DNA of 63,721 nucleotides from Rhina ancylostomus (Eukaryota). This document shows, in pieces, positions 63,335 through 63,721 of the stretch. The position numbers were made by a program, and so were the translations under genes. The first letter of the stretch is position 1; each line of letters begins with the position of its first letter. The stretch covers positions 61,807,215-61,870,935 of the forward strand of contig JARFYF010000104.1 of the NCBI GenBank assembly GCA_030265395.1, written 5' to 3'. The notes under the pieces are model-generated. The model had not been told where the DNA came from, did no database searches, and saw only the letters and a list, made by a program, of their open reading frames with translations.

Positions 63335-63721
63335 GTGCATGGTGCTTCCAGAAAGCAGTCTGGAAAGCTGCTTTTCACTCATCAATGATGAAGAAGAAGT
63401 GTCACCCAAAAGAATATCTGTTTTCAAAAGTCAACATACTCTGGATCTCTTAATGTTACTAAATCTGATACAGATCATCATAGCTCATTGTTAAAAGCAA
63501 AATTTGTGATCTAACAGCACTGGATCTTTTGCTGGCTGGAGATTGTTGGTCACTTGCACTATAGATGATTTTGTTTTCTTCCAGAGACATTTTGGTGCGA
63601 TCTTCCTTCAGGAGGTTCCATCAATGAGGCCCAGTGCAGTGTAAGAACATTCCCATTGCAAATGTCAGGTTCAGTTGACAATACAGCTTTCGCAGCTGGT
63701 GACTGCCCACGCCCAGGCTTA
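63335..63721 (-). mobile_element. Possible second PIF/Harbinger transposase fossil
   Basis: Minus strand tgggaatgttcttacactgcactgggcctcattgatggaacc resembles W.FPHC.GAIDG with frameshifts; ILLGDTS follows further downstream. Confidence 0.35.

Noticed and set aside
38193-63721. Next GLIS3 exon (FEGC.KAFSRLENLKIH...)
   Set aside because: Not found in the ORF track or by eye. It is probably beyond the window or in a gap; a short exon could have been missed.

Overview
Eukaryotic, AT-rich, repeat-dense vertebrate DNA with many N gaps. The repeat repertoire points to a cartilaginous fish, probably a ray or other batoid (inference). The window lies inside a large + strand GLIS3 gene. Two coding exons are recognisable: 27751-27946 (GFGPQCK...NLVVTSSPM...TDTR) and 37157-38192 (GLI-like N-terminal conserved region, PPxY motif, zinc fingers 1-2). 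Their splice phases match across a ~9.2 kb intron. The upstream exon and the exon for finger 3 were not found. The rest is intron filled with decayed transposons: Rex1/Babar LINEs, CR1 LINEs, an older CR1/L2-group LINE, an RTE fragment, a Gypsy relic, Harbinger fossils, a Tigger-like MITE, tRNA/V-SINEs, and about ten short Penelope-derived repeats, several palindromic, carrying minimal hammerhead ribozyme cores. Most notable: the hammerhead-bearing palindromes, a Tyr-to-Cys change in the GLIS3 SUFU-binding motif, a V-SINE with a Rex1-type tail, and a three-level nested insertion. All family assignments come from recognising motifs by eye; no database search was run, and repeat boundaries are approximate.
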